Part shown: piece by piece, positions 45,981 to 60,188 of the stretch
Layout of the letters: the number at the start of each line of letters is the position of its first letter
How positions within the stretch are numbered: position 1 is the first letter of the stretch
Assembly (NCBI RefSeq): GCF_009914755.1
Contig: NC_060932.1
From: the human T2T-CHM13v2.0 reference genome, Homo sapiens
Length of the DNA: 64,000 nucleotides
Direction: 5' to 3' (one strand)
Translations under genes and position numbers: made by a program
The notes under the pieces: model-generated
What the model saw: the letters and a program-made list of their open reading frames with translations, nothing else
Told to the model about the DNA's origin: nothing
The model's database searches: none

Positions 45981-48201
45981 TCGTATTTGTGTCCAAAGTA
46001 AAAGTAAGAAATTTCCATGTATTTATGCTGTTTACCCCATTCATGTATTAAAAACAACCCCCAATGTGATAATATTAGAAGATGGGGTCATTGGGAAGTA
46101 ATTAGGTCAAGAGATGGAAGTCCTCATGAATGGGGATAGTGCCTTTATAAAAAGACACTGGAGAACTTCCTTTTCACTCTGTTTTGGGCTGCATGAGAGG
46201 ACACAATGAGACATTGGCCATTTGCATCCCAGAAAAATTTCCTCATCAGAATGCAACCATACTGAGACACCTGAGCTCAGGTTTCCAGCCTTCTGAACTA
46301 TGAGAATTAAATTTCTATTATTTTTAAGCTACCCAGTCTATGGTTATTTCTTATAGCATCCTGAAATGATGAAAACAGAAATAGATATAGAGAAATGGGA
46401 TGCTGCTACAGCAAATACCTAAAAATTTGGAGGCAGCTTTGAACTGAGTAATTGCAGGCTGGAAGAGTTTTGAAGTGCATACTAGAAGAACTGAAGTGGT
46501 CATAAAAAGATTTTTAAAGAGGATTCTAGCAAAAGTTCAGAAAAGAAAGAAGAAGGCTGTAGAGTTTCCATCTTCACACAGAATACATGAATAATCATAT
46601 ACAAAATGTTGGTAGAAACATAGACACTAAAGGCCATTCTGATGGGGTCTCAGATGGAAATGAGGAACATATTATTGGACAACAGAGCAAAGGCAATCCC
46701 TGTTATAAAGTAGCAAAAAACCTGTCTGGACTGTATTCATGTTCTAGTGTTTCGTGAGAATAGAATTTCAAGAGTGCAATTGGATATTTCCAATTAGTAG
46801 AGGAGATGTCTAAGCAAAACATTAAAGCAGTGGCTTCATTCCTTGACAGCTTATAGTAAAATGTAAGAAGAGAGAAATATCTTGAAGATAAAATTATTAA
46901 GCAAAAAGGAACTGAAACAAAGGTGTGGAAAATTATCAGCTTATTCATATTGCAAAAAAAAAAAATCAAAAGGGGGAAAGCATGTTTGGAAAAGAACACC
47001 AAGGGTGTGGCCAAGCAACTGTTTGATAAGGAAAAAGTACAGATGTGAACTAGAGACTTAATCAGCCACTCCAGCAGATATTGCTAGTTTGAATTGAAGA
47101 AGGGTAAAAATATGATAAGGAATGAAGAAAAGTTGTCAGACTTTTTTGATTTTATAGGATGAGACCATAGAGCTATTCAGTGTCAATTCTATTCTTTAAG
47201 ATAAGGGAAGAAGGACCCCAAAGATAATGAACAGATAATCAGGGCTCCCTCTTTTCTTTCCAAAGGGAGAACAGGGGCATGGCCAAGCTTTCAACAGGCC
47301 AGATGACCTCTACCAAAATACTCAGGGGTAGGGCTGCCAGAAGCTGTGGGAGTTCAACCCCTGCCCAGTGGAGCCTTTAGGTGGAACCCTTACTTGGCAG
47401 AGCAGGTGTGAGATCACTGCCCCAGTGTGTCTGGAAGGCAGGACCACCAGCCAGGTGGGTCTGGAAAGCAGAAGATTGAGCCAAAGAGGATTATTCTCAA
47501 GTCTTAAGATCACCAGGAGTTTGCCTTTCTCCCTTGGGACCCATCACCCCTTCCTTTTTTGCTATGACTCTCTTTCGGAGTAGGAATATTATCCAATGCT
47601 TGTCCCACTCTTGTATTTTAGAAACGCATAACTTGTTTAATTTCTCAGGAGATGAACTTTGTCTCAGGACTGTACTTCCAGTCTTACCCATATGTGGTTT
47701 CAATAATATTTAAATGAGACTTTGGACTTTGTACTTTGAAGTTGATGCTGGAATGAATTAAATTCTCATGACCATTGAAATGAAATAAACAGATTTGGCA
47801 TGTGAGAAGGACATAAATTCGGGGAGGGGGGCAGGGGAAGAATGCTATTGACTGAATGTTTGCGTCTTCCTCAAATTCCTATGTTGAAACCCTAACCTTC
47901 AATGTGCTAATCTTGGAAAGTGAGGCTTTTAGGAGGTAATTAGGTTGTGCAGGTGGAGACCTCCTGAATGGGACTGGCAATCTTAAAATTGGACACCATA
48001 GGGCTTGCTTTTTCACTTTCTGTTCTCTGCCATGTGAGGGCACAATAAGTCAGCCATCTGCAATCTAGAAGAAGGTCCTCACCAGAACTCAACCATGCTG
48101 ACACCCTGAATGTGGACTTCTAGACTCCAGAACTATGAGGAATAAATAGCAGTTGTTCATAAGCCACCCAATGTTTGGTACAACTTGAATCACCTAAGAC
48201 A
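45981..48201 (+). mobile_element. MLT1A-type MaLR provirus: 5'LTR ~45981-46377, internal 46378-47842, 3'LTR 47843-48201
   Basis: Two homologous LTRs (aatgtg...taattaggt...cct(c/g)a/tgaatgg; aaccat...cacc...aactatgag). MaLR internal start with aatacctaaaaatttggaggcagctttgaact. Polypurine tract ggggagggggggcaggggaagaa before the 3'LTR TG...CA. Candidate TSD cctgg. Confidence 0.88.
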
Positions 48202-48537
48202 CCTGGACTACATGGTGGCTGTTTTCCTTATTTTTAAGCCTTCTGAATACAAGCTAGGTCCCTTTAATTCATTAATCCCTACTGCCAACTGCTTTCAATT
48301 AGTGTTTAACTCAGTGTTAAGTAGTTTTTGTTTTTGTTATGGTTGTTGTAGTTTTTTTCCTTCTATTTTTACCATTTAAGTTATATTTGAATTACTATGG
48401 ATAGCTCTGCTTATCACTTTTAAACTGCTTTAGCAACTAAAGTCAATTCCATTTATTTTTAGAAACATAGCTGTTCCCTGATGCACTTCACAGCTGTTTC
48501 ACTTCATTCTTTCAAATATCATTTAAAAATAATTATT

Positions 48538-48826
48538 GGTCGGACACAGTGGCTCACACCTGTAATCCCAGCACTTTGGGAGGCCAAGGTGGGATAATGG
48601 CTTGAACCCAGGAGTTTTAGACCAGTCTAGGCAACCTGCCAAAAACATGTGTCTACAAAAATATGGAAATTATCTGGGCATGGTGGTATGTGCCTGTATC
48701 ACAGCTACTTGGGAGGATGAGGTGGGAGGATAACCTGGGCTTGGGGAAATCGAGGCTGCAGTGAGCCATGATCATGCCACCGTACTCTAACCTTGGTGAC
48801 AGAGTGAGACTGTGTCTCCAAAAAAA
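48538..48826 (+). mobile_element. Alu (AluJ-like)
   Basis: AluJ motifs gaggctgcagtgagccatgatcatgcc. TSD aaaaataattatt / aaaaatattatt. Confidence 0.93.
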
Positions 48827-49599
48827 TATTATTAATTGCATTTTAGTATTAGGTCTAATTATCAATTCAATAGTCATGAGGTAAAGCTTTTTTTTTTTTT
48901 TTTTTTTGCTGCTGTTCTGCTTATAAATTGAGCTTCCAAAATCTCCCTTCAGAAGTCAATATTCTTTAAGGTTAGAAAGAGAATGTTAGCTAGAATTTTC
49001 TTTTTCTGTGTCTCCCCATGTTACTCAATCTACATAAGTTTACCTTCAATAATGACTTATTTCCGCAAATACTATATGTTACCTGGAGACAGCTTTCAGT
49101 CATCCATCATTCTGCTTTGAATTTAACAAGAACTCTGACAATTGCTTTATCCTGGATACTAAAGCTGCCCTTCAAGTTCTTCAGTATCTGACTTATATAC
49201 CACTCCTTATGCTGACAGAATGTTTTCCTGAAATTCTTAAATTATTGTCTTTTGCCTAGTGAACGCTCAAAATATATTAAAATAATAAAATCCCTTTAAA
49301 AACATAGAAAATAGATTTCTCACATTTTCTTAGTTGGACAGCTCAAAGAAAATTATGAAGTTGGTGAAATTCAGATCATCATACTCTCCCCTATCTGCTA
49401 ATTCCCCATCCCACTCCCTCTACTGATTCTGGTCCCATGGTCTATTCTTATTATCTCAGAGACCAGCATTCACATTTTTTTTTTAAAACCTGATCTTATT
49501 TCCAACAAGCCCAAATTTCTCCTAGTGAATTTTACCTCCAGGTTAGATATTAGTTCTACTCATGATATTTACATATATAGAAGGCCTTTTAGTCTGATT

Positions 49600-49800
49600 G
49601 CTACATTAGACATAGGATTGTTTGCTGGTTTGGCCAATTCTTGCTGTGCAAACTGGGACAAGTCAGTTAACTTTACCTACCTTTAGTTTATACATTCACA
49701 AAAACAAAATTAAAAACTGAGAGTTTTGTGAGTTTTAGGTAAATTAAGGAATATAAAATTATTAATACAATATCTGAAAAATACAGTGCTCATTACTTGT
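49600..49800 (+). mobile_element. MIR SINE, degenerate
   Basis: gctgtgcaaactgggacaagtcagttaac...gttttgtgagttttaggt...cagtgctcatta. Confidence 0.55.
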
Positions 49801-51049
49801 GAGTTTCTTTGTTGTTTGCAAGTATAGGGAAGACTTACCACCTTTCAGATTTAGTCACGTGTCATTCACATTTTCTGTCTTCATGAACTATCATGTCCAT
49901 AGGCGATTATAAACAGAATTCATATCTGCTATGCCTTGTTTCTTTTTTACATTTCAACATTAACTGATTACTTAAGTGCTAGGCTTCCTTCTTATGCAAA
50001 ATATTAGGTAAAAGAGCTCATACTAAATGGAAAGGATAAGACACTTGATTTTTCTTTAAAGACTTAGAGAAACCAAATACTTTTGATTGTCAGTTTAGAG
50101 AATCCAGAATGACAGAAGCCTCAAGTGGGTTAAGAACTCTGAGATCATAGTTTCATGACCCAAATTTTCTAATATCTAGAAGGTTTAAGTACCTGTGTCC
50201 TCAGGAAACATGCTTTTCTTGGACCAGCTAAATTGGCTTATAATAAGGGTCTTTGCCCTTGTTCCAGTAGTATTTTCTCTTAATCTGTCTTCTGATTGAA
50301 CTCCCCAGTGCTGTATAAACCCATATATGTGCACACTCTCTGATACTCCACACACTGCTGACAACTATGTTGGGAATTCCCATATACAGCACTTAAAAAA
50401 TGTCACATTCAGTAAATGGTCATTTTACTCATAAACTGTATCATCTTATAATCTTATAACCAAATAAAATTTATAACTATAGCTCCCTAAGGACAGGAAA
50501 TGAGTAGTGAATATATTTTATTCAAAGCCTATGTCAACTAACCAAAATACAATAATAATAAAATGGTTTAAAAACTTTTTTAAAGGATGCAGTATGTAAA
50601 TTCTTATCTATTGAACAAGAAAGTAGGCCACTTTCTGGGTTAAGATAAAAAGAAAATAAAAATAAAAGAGAAAAGGAGAGATAAAACTTGAATAAGAAAA
50701 TCTAAAAGGCATGGCATGCTAAATGCAATTTCAAACTAGAATTTTTTTCTGTAATAAGATTCATGTCAGTATAAATATTAACATAGTTGGTTGTGCAAAT
50801 CACAACACTCAGGGAGCACTTGAAAGCATTTTAAAGTTTGATATCTACAGAAAAAATGCATGCATTTTCTATATCGGGATTTATTTTTTCTTAAGGAAAA
50901 AAATTGAATCAGAAAACTGACGCCTCTTCTTACAAATTAGATTTAGAAAACTGATCTCCAAGACCACCATTCTCCTACAATGTTAGAGGAGAGATTATTT
51001 TTATACCAGGTGTTATAATACATTACTAGGCACCTAATGTCAGAAAACC

Positions 51050-51362
51050 AACTGGGCATGTTCCTGTATATTTCATTCTATGGAAAAGAGAAGGATAGCT
51101 TCTGTAGTATTCCAGGGGACAGAACCAGAACCAATGTGTGGAAGCTATAGCAATGAAGATATGAGTTCAAGAAGAGAAACCATTTTCTAATAATTAATGC
51201 AATCCAGCAATGCTGTGAAGCTCACTGCTTGCCATTGCAAGGGAATCTAATAGCATCTGATAACCAGGCATCAAGTAGGTAGCTGATGTGACTTTACTGT
51301 GGTCGGAAATGGAAATAAATCGTCTTGGAGCCTTTCCTCTGTCAATCTTGCATGATTCTGAG
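51050..51362 (+). mobile_element. L3/CR1 3' end
   Basis: ccaggggacagaaccagaaccaatgtgtggaagctatagc...ttttctaataatta...tgattctg. Confidence 0.6.
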
Positions 51363-52118
51363 TGTAGTATTGACTTATTGGGCCTACATTTGAATAAAAC
51401 AGAGATAAAAAACTTAGGGAAAATAATAACTAATTGGGATTTGTGTCTTCTGTAGACACTACATCATCTGAGGGGAGATTCCATTCAGTAATGTTTTCAG
51501 CTCTTTGTGAACACAGAATTCTAAATGACAATAGTGTGTTAGAAGAGTTATCTAATGAAAGATCACTTAGAAAAGAAGAGAGTGTGGAAGGAGAGGTGGG
51601 TAAAGAGGGGAAAGGAAGTAAGGTATAGACACTCAGTTTCTTCTTAGGAATTCATAAATTACTCACATAACCAATACACAGGTACTGATTAGTTTTAGAA
51701 ATAAATTGTTGAGTGTTAGATTGACTGAAAAAATACAAGAAAAATAGATTTTTTTCAAGAGGAGAAAGTTTAAAAATATGTCTCTGATATACAAGAGAAA
51801 CTAAATGGTTTCCCTTTTTTTGCAAAATTTACATTAACAACCATTATCATATTTGTAATATTTGGAAGAAAATCAGTGCATGCTAGGTTTACTAAGAAGA
51901 AAAGGCTGTTCAGACATGGGGCGCTGAATGACGGTTTGTGTTCTAATGCTATGATAATAGAAGGTGGTGGGTTTACATAGCCGACCTGGGCACAGGAGTC
52001 AAGGAGCACTGTGGGATTACTCAGAGATTGCCAGACAAGTCACAGTGTGAGGAACTGGTTAGAAACAAAAAGAAACCAAGGTAGGGTTAGAAGAAGCAAC
52101 TAAGAAAGGAAGAGAGGG

Positions 52119-52158
52119 GTGTGTGTGTGTGTGCGTGTGTGTGCGCACATGTGTGTGT
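52119..52158. repeat. (GT)n microsatellite
   Basis: gtgtgtgtgtgtgtgcgtgtgtgtgcgcacatgtgtgtg. Confidence 0.85.
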
Positions 52159-53534
52159 TTCCTATGTAAATCTAAGATAGTGCCTTTGAGAATATTTTAT
52201 TACTGCAGTCCTTTGTTTCTTTCACTCAGGAGCAGTAGATGCAAGTAAATAAATGTTGGCAAATTCACACTGATTTGCCTCCTCTATTTCTCTAGCTTTC
52301 CTTATCAATGCAAGAATCATCCTTTTAGTGGGAAAGAACATTCATTCATTCCTAAGGCAGAGCTTGAGGGTTTAATTGAGATTGCAGTATTCAGTGCAGC
52401 CTGCTGTTGTAACTGAACTGTCCACCTCACTAACAAGAGGTGATGTCAGTTATTCTGCTGAAACAGAAGTGCTGGGAACCTCTCATTGAATATTCCTTAT
52501 GTCTGTAATATGCTTGGTATGGTACAGAAAATTCCTTAAGTAGCCCCAATCGATCTCTCTCTCTCACTCCTCATTCTCCTCTATGTAGCATATATGTTGT
52601 GACAGTCATCTGCCAAAATCTGGTCTTGCTCTATTCTGTATTAGCTACAGAGATTGTATCAGGCCAGCCATCATCACTATACAAAGCAATTCCAAAACTA
52701 ATATGTGTTATGTGAGGTCAATTTGCTGGTGAGAAAATTTTGTTTACTGTAGAACGAATTTCATTTGTTTTTGTTCAGAGATGAAGCCCATTTGGGTGTT
52801 ATAACTTGAGGGGTAATTCTGCTTTAATGATTTTTTAAGAGATACTCTTAAATTATCCAGTATAGCTAAAGAAAACATGAACAATAATAACATTTACAGA
52901 TGATATTGAATGTCTGGAGGGCTTAGCTGCTGTGGGATTCTTATCAGAAGCAATTCTTAAGACAGACATTTTCTATTCTTCCCATTACTAAAGCTGCTTG
53001 TCTTGTCTCTAATGCTAAAATATGAACCACATGAGAAAGAAATTTTAGGCTAAATTGTCCAGGAAGGCTATCAATACCCAAATAACCAGATGAACATTTT
53101 TCAGAGAAACCAAGAGGAAGATCTAACAGAAAATAAATAACCTGAGATGGAAAATTAGACTCCATCTAATTTTCAGGCTATAAAATCTTGGCAAGTTATT
53201 TACCTTCCCTGTTTCAAAACCACAATTTCTAAATTGAAGAAATTGTGCTTAATAACCTCTAAATTTTTAATCTAGATTTACCTTTTTTTGCCAATTTGGG
53301 GATCCACCCACCAATTACAAAACAATTTTCAAAACAATTTACAAAACATAGAAGAGGAGTGTCATGGGGCTTTTAATTTTAGTTAACATTAAAGTAATTT
53401 TAAGTAAAGTTGTGACATTGTTTACCTCAAGACTACATCTAAATCAGAGTGGATCAATGGGCCTATGGTGCTCTGATTAAGAACAGAGAATATTTTCTGT
53501 TTTTTGTTTATCCTTTCTATTTTTTGCCCATATA

Positions 53535-53990
53535 TGTGAAAAGGGATATCAGAAGAATGGAACATGTCTGTGAAGAGTGACTAAAATAAGATGTCAAGGA
53601 AGATTAGTGTTAGGTCATATAAAGAGTAATTGGAAACTGAAAACTTTTATCCTAGAGAAAATTTAATTATCCATGATGCAAAATATTTGAGAAATTATCA
53701 TGTGAAAGAGGCATTAAACATATTTCATGTGATTTTAAGAGTAAAGTTTAATGGCAATAATTGGAAAGTAGAAGCAAGCAGACTTTGGCTTAATACATTG
53801 TCAGTGGATAGAGCCACCAACAAAATAAAGTTAGGTTGCTTTAGAAGACACTGGGATCACTGGATCTCACTGAATGTGCTTAAACAAGATTGAATGTTTA
53901 AATGGAAGAATATTGTATACAGATTTGACGAGATGGGAGGGAAGAGGACTCAATATTTGAAGTGTCTGAAAGTCTTAGATTCTATTTATC
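53535..53990 (+). mobile_element. L3/CR1 3' fragment
   Basis: aaaatatttgagaaattatcatgtgaaagaggcattaaac...ttggaaagtagaagcaagcagactttggcttaat. Confidence 0.6.
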
Positions 53991-55070
53991 TATTGATATT
54001 TTAATATAATTTCTCAGGAAATGTTTGGATAAAGTAAACACAAGTAATTACCAGCAAATGTTTTTCTCTTGGCCCACTGTTACAGGGAGGAGATTTTTAT
54101 TTTTATGTTGAAATGTGCTTTTTTTTCCCCAAGGAATTATCTGTTACCAAGTTTTAATGTGTGCGATACAGTGACATGTACACTCTTTTAAAATTCTCAT
54201 TACCTTCTAAAATGTCTCTGATGTATCTTTCTAACTGTGCTGTGTTCTATTTGAGGGTTGCAAGTATGTCTAAATCTTTGTACAGCGCACATCAAATCTA
54301 GAAAATTAGGTTCTCAGTAAGTATTTGGTAATTGATTAAGTCTAGATCTAAAGGTTTTTTAGGATAGAAGTATAATATGTGATTCCCATATTTCCAGTAG
54401 AATGACCTATACAAGAAAATGGAAGATTCTAACTGAGATAAAAGCTAATCAATGATAACATTTATTTGGAAAAAAATTGTACAGTAAATATAATGATGAT
54501 GAGAAAGACTAGAGTATAATGATACTGAAAGTCAATGCATATTCTCCCTCTTTAGAAATAGGAACATATTCAGGAAGCACATCAAGAAGACTCTGACACA
54601 ATGCAGACTCAGCTTCACTGAGCAAAATTACACCTAGTTGAATATTATCATTTAAGCTTGTCTCTTTAATTGGTATTATGTAAGTAGGCAAGACTTTTTA
54701 TAATGGTAAAGATGATCTAATTAGAGAGAAATAGACTAAGTCTAGAGTCAAGTTCATTGCTTGAGTCAGATGAGAAGGTCACTATTAGATTTCATTTCAG
54801 CAGCAGCATTTGAAAGGTGTGACATTAATGGTCCCCAAAATCCTCACACAAGCTTTTATATAATACAGACCTAGATGGGTATGAAGGACTTGGACCTTTA
54901 CAGCTGCAATGGAAATAAGAAAAAGCTGGGCATATTTGTAGTTTACACATGATATGTGAGTTTGAAGGACATAAAACACAGCACCATCTTTCCCACATGA
55001 ATTGAGAACCAATGCCAATCTTAGGAAAAGTGTGTGATGAGCATAATATTCCTTATAGCTGATAAGGCTC

Positions 55071-55324
55071 ATAATAATAGCTCAAACATATTAAATGCTT
55101 CCACAGTCTAGGGATTGTTCCAAGTGACTTACATATATTAACTCATTTCATCCTCAAAGAGCCCAATGAGGTAGGTAATATTATTATCCCATTTTTCATA
55201 TAGGGAAAACTGAAGCAAGATGACATTAACTGATTTAACCAAGGTCACACTGCTAGTAAGTGGCATAGCTCAGACCTGAACATTGGCAGTCTGTCCCTAT
55301 GCTTCTTACTCTTCAACACTATAC
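55071..55324 (-). mobile_element. MIR (MIRb-like) SINE, near full length
   Basis: aactcatttcatcctca...gaggtaggtaatattattatcccatttt...aaactgaagc...ccaaggtcacactgctagtaagtggc. Confidence 0.9.
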
Positions 55325-57214
55325 TTCATTGCTTTTCTAGTTGATTTTGGAGCTTGTGCCACCGCCTGTGGGCAGGTGCTAATAAGAGTCCTCATTACAG
55401 ACAGTCTTATCCCTCTCTCAACAATAGCTCTGGACTGGGGCAGAACTCACACACAGAGACACAATCTTACCCTCGCCAAAGTTCAGCATGGAGAAGCAGA
55501 GCCAAATGTATAAATTCTGTGGACAGCTTACTCTCAAGAGGAAGGAAGAGGAAGAAGGTGGGCCACATATGCTCATTTCCTTTCTACAGTTCTACCAGTC
55601 AGACCAATTGTCTTTTCCTCCTGATGGAATGAGTGAAAAGATAAAAGGAAGTGTATTACATCACCGGTGACACTTCTATGAGAGAGAAAACATCATGAGT
55701 GGAGAATTGTCTCTGTTCCCTCACTCTCTGCCACCATCTCCCCATCTTCTTGTTTTCTTAAATTGGGCTATGCCTATGGTCAACTAGGAATATGCGATGG
55801 AGTGGGGGAGTCAGCAGCCTCAGACAAGACTTGTTCCACCTTCATGGAGAACTAATCACTGCAACTTAGAATGTCCTCCTGGAACCACTGATAAAGATTT
55901 GATATTTTGGTGCAGAGGCTTCTGAAATAGGTTTGGAGAGCCCCATATCAATGAGTTCTGGGTCTACCAAAACAGTAACTATTCAAAAAGTCTCCTTTTA
56001 GAATAGAATATTCCCACCCAGGGGAGTTCCTCCCATATTCCAGTATTTACAGGACAATTTAATCTACTATCATCCTTATCCTTCTTGGCTTGTCTTTAAT
56101 ATGCTTTATCTTTGCTGTTTGTCCCTCGGTGTCTTAAGTCCAAAAATTCCATGGAGAGGGATCCTCAGGCAGAGGTATAGCTCGACAACTGCCTTCTTGA
56201 ATTTAAATAAAGAATGTAATTTTGAACAACTGACCTACTGCCCTAGACCTGTGCAATTCATCAAGTTAAAACTAGAACCTCAGCAACTGATCTCTTTCCA
56301 AATAGCTATACAGTTGTACAGGTTCCATTTATTAATAATTCCATCTTCAAATTAATCTGATTTGAAATGCCACTTTTATCATATGTTATATGTTGCTACA
56401 TACTTCAATCTGCTTGGGATTTTCTATTTTGTTGCATTTGTTCATTTGTTCATGTACTTACATCACATGGTTTTAGGATAGGGTAGGATATTTTACATTT
56501 GGTCCAGGCATGTCTCCTTAATTACTCCTTCTTTGACAGGGTTTTCTTAAAAACTCTTGCTTATTTATTTTTCCACATGAATCTTAACATCAAGTTACCA
56601 TATTCAGAATAAAAAATTCTTGTGGATATTGTATTAGGATTGTGATAAATTTATACTTTTACTGTGGGAGAATTGACATTTTTATGATGCTGAATTTTCT
56701 TACCCAAAAATAAAGTTCTTTCTACTTGAGTTCAAGACTGCTTTTGCATGCAACTTCCAAAAGTTTTTTAAGTGTTTTTTACAAGTAAGTTTTGTGCCTT
56801 TCTTGTTAAACTTATTTCTAAATATTTTGTCTTTTCTTGTTTTGTAAATAGAATCATCTCTTGTATTATATTTCTCTACTAGTTATTGCTTATATATACA
56901 AATAACATTGATTTTTATATATTCATTTTATTTCCTTTTACATGACTAAAATTCCTTACCATTTGCATTCCCTTCAGCATTAAACTTCTTGGGCTTTTCA
57001 TACATAAAATGTTACCATCTTCAATAAGATATTTTTAAAAACTTTTCCTTTTCAATTTTAATGCCTCTGATTTCCTTTTATTTGATTGCAATATCTGCCA
57101 TCTTCAATGCAATCTTAAAAAAATAGTAGGGATAGTGGCATTCTTACTGTGATGGTTAATTTTCAGTGTCAATTTGATGGGATTGAGAAGTATCTCCATA
57201 GATGGTAAAGCATT

Positions 57215-57605
57215 TGATATGGTTTGGATCTGTGTCCCTGCCCAAATCTTGTGCTGAAATGGAATCCCCAGTGTGGGAGGTGGGGCCTCATGGGAGGTGA
57301 TTGGATCATGGGGGCAGTTTTCTCATAAATGGTTTAGTACCATCCTCCTGGGTACTGTATAGAGAGTGAGTTCTAGAGAGATCTGATTGTTTAGCAGTTC
57401 ATAGAACTTAACCCTGCCTCTCTCTCACTCCTGCTCCTGCTTTGCCTTCCGCATTGAGTAAAAGCTCCCTGAGGACTCCTCAGAAGCAGATGCTTCCATG
57501 CTTCCTGTATAGCCTGTGGAACCATGAGCCAATTAAACCTCTTTTGTTTATAAAGTACCCATTCTCAAGTATTTCTGTATAGCAAGGTGAGAATGGACTA
57601 ATATA
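57215..57605 (+). mobile_element. MSTA-like MaLR solo LTR
   Basis: tgatatggtttggatctgtgtcc...aaccatgagccaattaaacctctt...gaatggactaatata. TSD gcatt/gtatt. Confidence 0.92.
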
Positions 57606-58066
57606 GTATTCTTTCTTAGTGGGTGTGTGCGAGGATGTTTGTGGAGAAGACAGGCCTGTGGGTTGGTGGACTGAACAGAGAAGACCCCCCTCCACATGGG
57701 TGGGCACCATGCAGTTGGTTGGGGAGCTGGAGAAAAAAAGGTGAATTCACTCTCTCTCTTGTAGAGATGGGACATCCTTTCTCCTCTGCCCTTGGACATC
57801 AGAATGCTAGGTTCTTTGGCCTTTGGACTCTGGGGCTTGTACCAGTGCCCTCTCCACACAGGGCCCTCCCTAACCCCTCTGGGATCTCAGGACTCTTGAC
57901 TTCAGACTGAAAATTATACCATTGGTTTCCTGGTTCTATGCCTTTCAGACTTGGACTAAGCCAAGCTACTAGCATCCCTGGATCTCCAGCTTGCGGACAA
58001 CCTATTGTGGGAATCCTCAGCCCCCATAATTATGTGAGCCAATTTCCGTAATGAATTATTTCTTGT

Positions 58067-58067
58067 C

Positions 58068-58108
<41 letters not shown>

Positions 58109-58185
58109 GTATATATATATGCATGCATGCATGCATGTATGTATTTATGTATGCATGTATCTATGTATCTATCTATGTATCTATG

Positions 58186-58225
<40 letters not shown>
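58067..58225. repeat. Compound (TA)n/(TGCA)n/(TCTA)n microsatellite
   Basis: Visible directly, inside the MLT2 LTR. Confidence 0.92.
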
Positions 58226-58227
<2 letters not shown>

Positions 58228-59879
58228 ATTGGTTTGGTCTCCCTGGAGAATCCTAATATACTCACCTTGTTCCTGACTTTGACAGGCCTCTATTATTTCT
58301 CTATTAAGGACACCAGCTTTTAGAATTAGGGCATGTATGTTTTATCATCTTAAGAAAATACCAAATAATTACTTATTTAATAATTTCCTGTGAATCAGAA
58401 ATAGATGTTGAGTAGTGCAGAAGACTTCTTCATCATATACACAAATAAAATGTTTTAGTCTATTTTATACTTATTAATATAAAAAGTTATATCAATGGAT
58501 TTCCTAAAATTGAGCTATCCTTGTATTTTTGAAATCTCATCTGGTCATGATATATTATTTTTTATATGTTATTTAATTCCATTCAGCAATATTTGTACCA
58601 GTATTCATAAATGAGATTGGTAAGAGATTGTTTTGTTGCAGTCTTTATCAGATTTTTTTAAAAGTAAGCTTATTTATTTGTTTTATTTTATGGAATACTT
58701 AAAGAGTATTGGGGTTATCTGGTCAATGAAATTTTGATAGATTTCTCTGGTGAAATAAAACAAGGCCTGGTGATTCTTTTGAACAGTTCTTTGGAGCTTT
58801 TTCTATTTATTTTTCTCTTGTAATTGGTGGCTTTAAACATTTGACATCTACTGGGGACAATTTTTGTAAATTCTATTTCCCTAAAAAATTATCCATTTTA
58901 ACCTACATAAGTAGGTTAAATTAAATAATTAACCTACATTGGTAGGTTTTCAAATTCCTTTGCCTAGAGTTATGCCAACAATTGTAATAATTTTCTGTCT
59001 TCAGTTTTGTTTATGTTGTGCATAATTGTTCATTCTTTTTTCCTCTTTTGAAAATTAGGTTAACTAGTGTTTGACAATGATTTGTCATAATTTCCTTCTT
59101 TTGTTTTTCAATGTTTATTTCTTATAATTTTCTTCTGAGTTTTTGATATAGTTAAAATTTTCTAGTTATTCAAACAACTTTTTGTTTTCATTTGTTTCCA
59201 TTATTTAATTTTATTGATATAAATATTTATTGTTTGGGCTATCTTTTCATCACTAATTTGACCATATCTCACAAATTTTGATATATAGTAATCCTATTAT
59301 TGTTAGTATTAATTTTTAAAGAAACTCTGACATTTTGATATATAATTCCCTTGCAACCCAAGAGTTATACAAAAGGGTTAATATTTTCAAAATGAAATGG
59401 TTTTTAAAATTTTTTCAATTTCTGTTATTGAAAATGTAGTTTATATTATTTCCACTTTATGAAAGTTACAAAGGCTTTCATAAAGACCCAATGGGTCAAT
59501 TTTGATTATATTTTATTTGCTTGAGTAGAAAATATATGTTCTGCTAGGAGGAGGTAATTGGTATATATTCATGAGGTCTATTACTTTTATTATGTAGTGT
59601 AGGTCTTCTATATTCTTACCTATTTTTTGTTCACTTAAACCATCTTAAACCAAGATTTATATATTTTCTCCTATTATCAGTGTGATGTTGTCAATTTCTC
59701 CCTGCCTATCCTATATTGTATGCTTTATGAAGCTCTTTGATTTGATATTTGATGCATAGATTTTCATACCTGTTATATCGTTATTGTGAGCAATGCTCTT
59801 CGACATCCACAAAATGTCCTTCTTTCTCCTTTAATATTTTTGTGGCTGAATTATATTTTGTCAATGATCAAGATTGTAG

Positions 59880-60188
<309 letters not shown>

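Larger units (their letters stand above)
57148..58260 (+). mobile_element. MLT2 (MLT2A/B-like) solo LTR, split by MSTA
   Basis: Starts tgtgatggttaattttcagtgtcaa; ends ccctggagaatcctaatata. TSD cttac/ctcac. Confidence 0.88.

Noticed and set aside
48888-48907. Isolated T20 tract as a possible truncated retro-insertion
   Set aside because: No convincing TSD or attached element body.
52423-52450. cacctc...gaggtg mini-hairpin and CTCF-like motif
   Set aside because: A 6-bp stem and a weak motif match are expected by chance in 64 kb.
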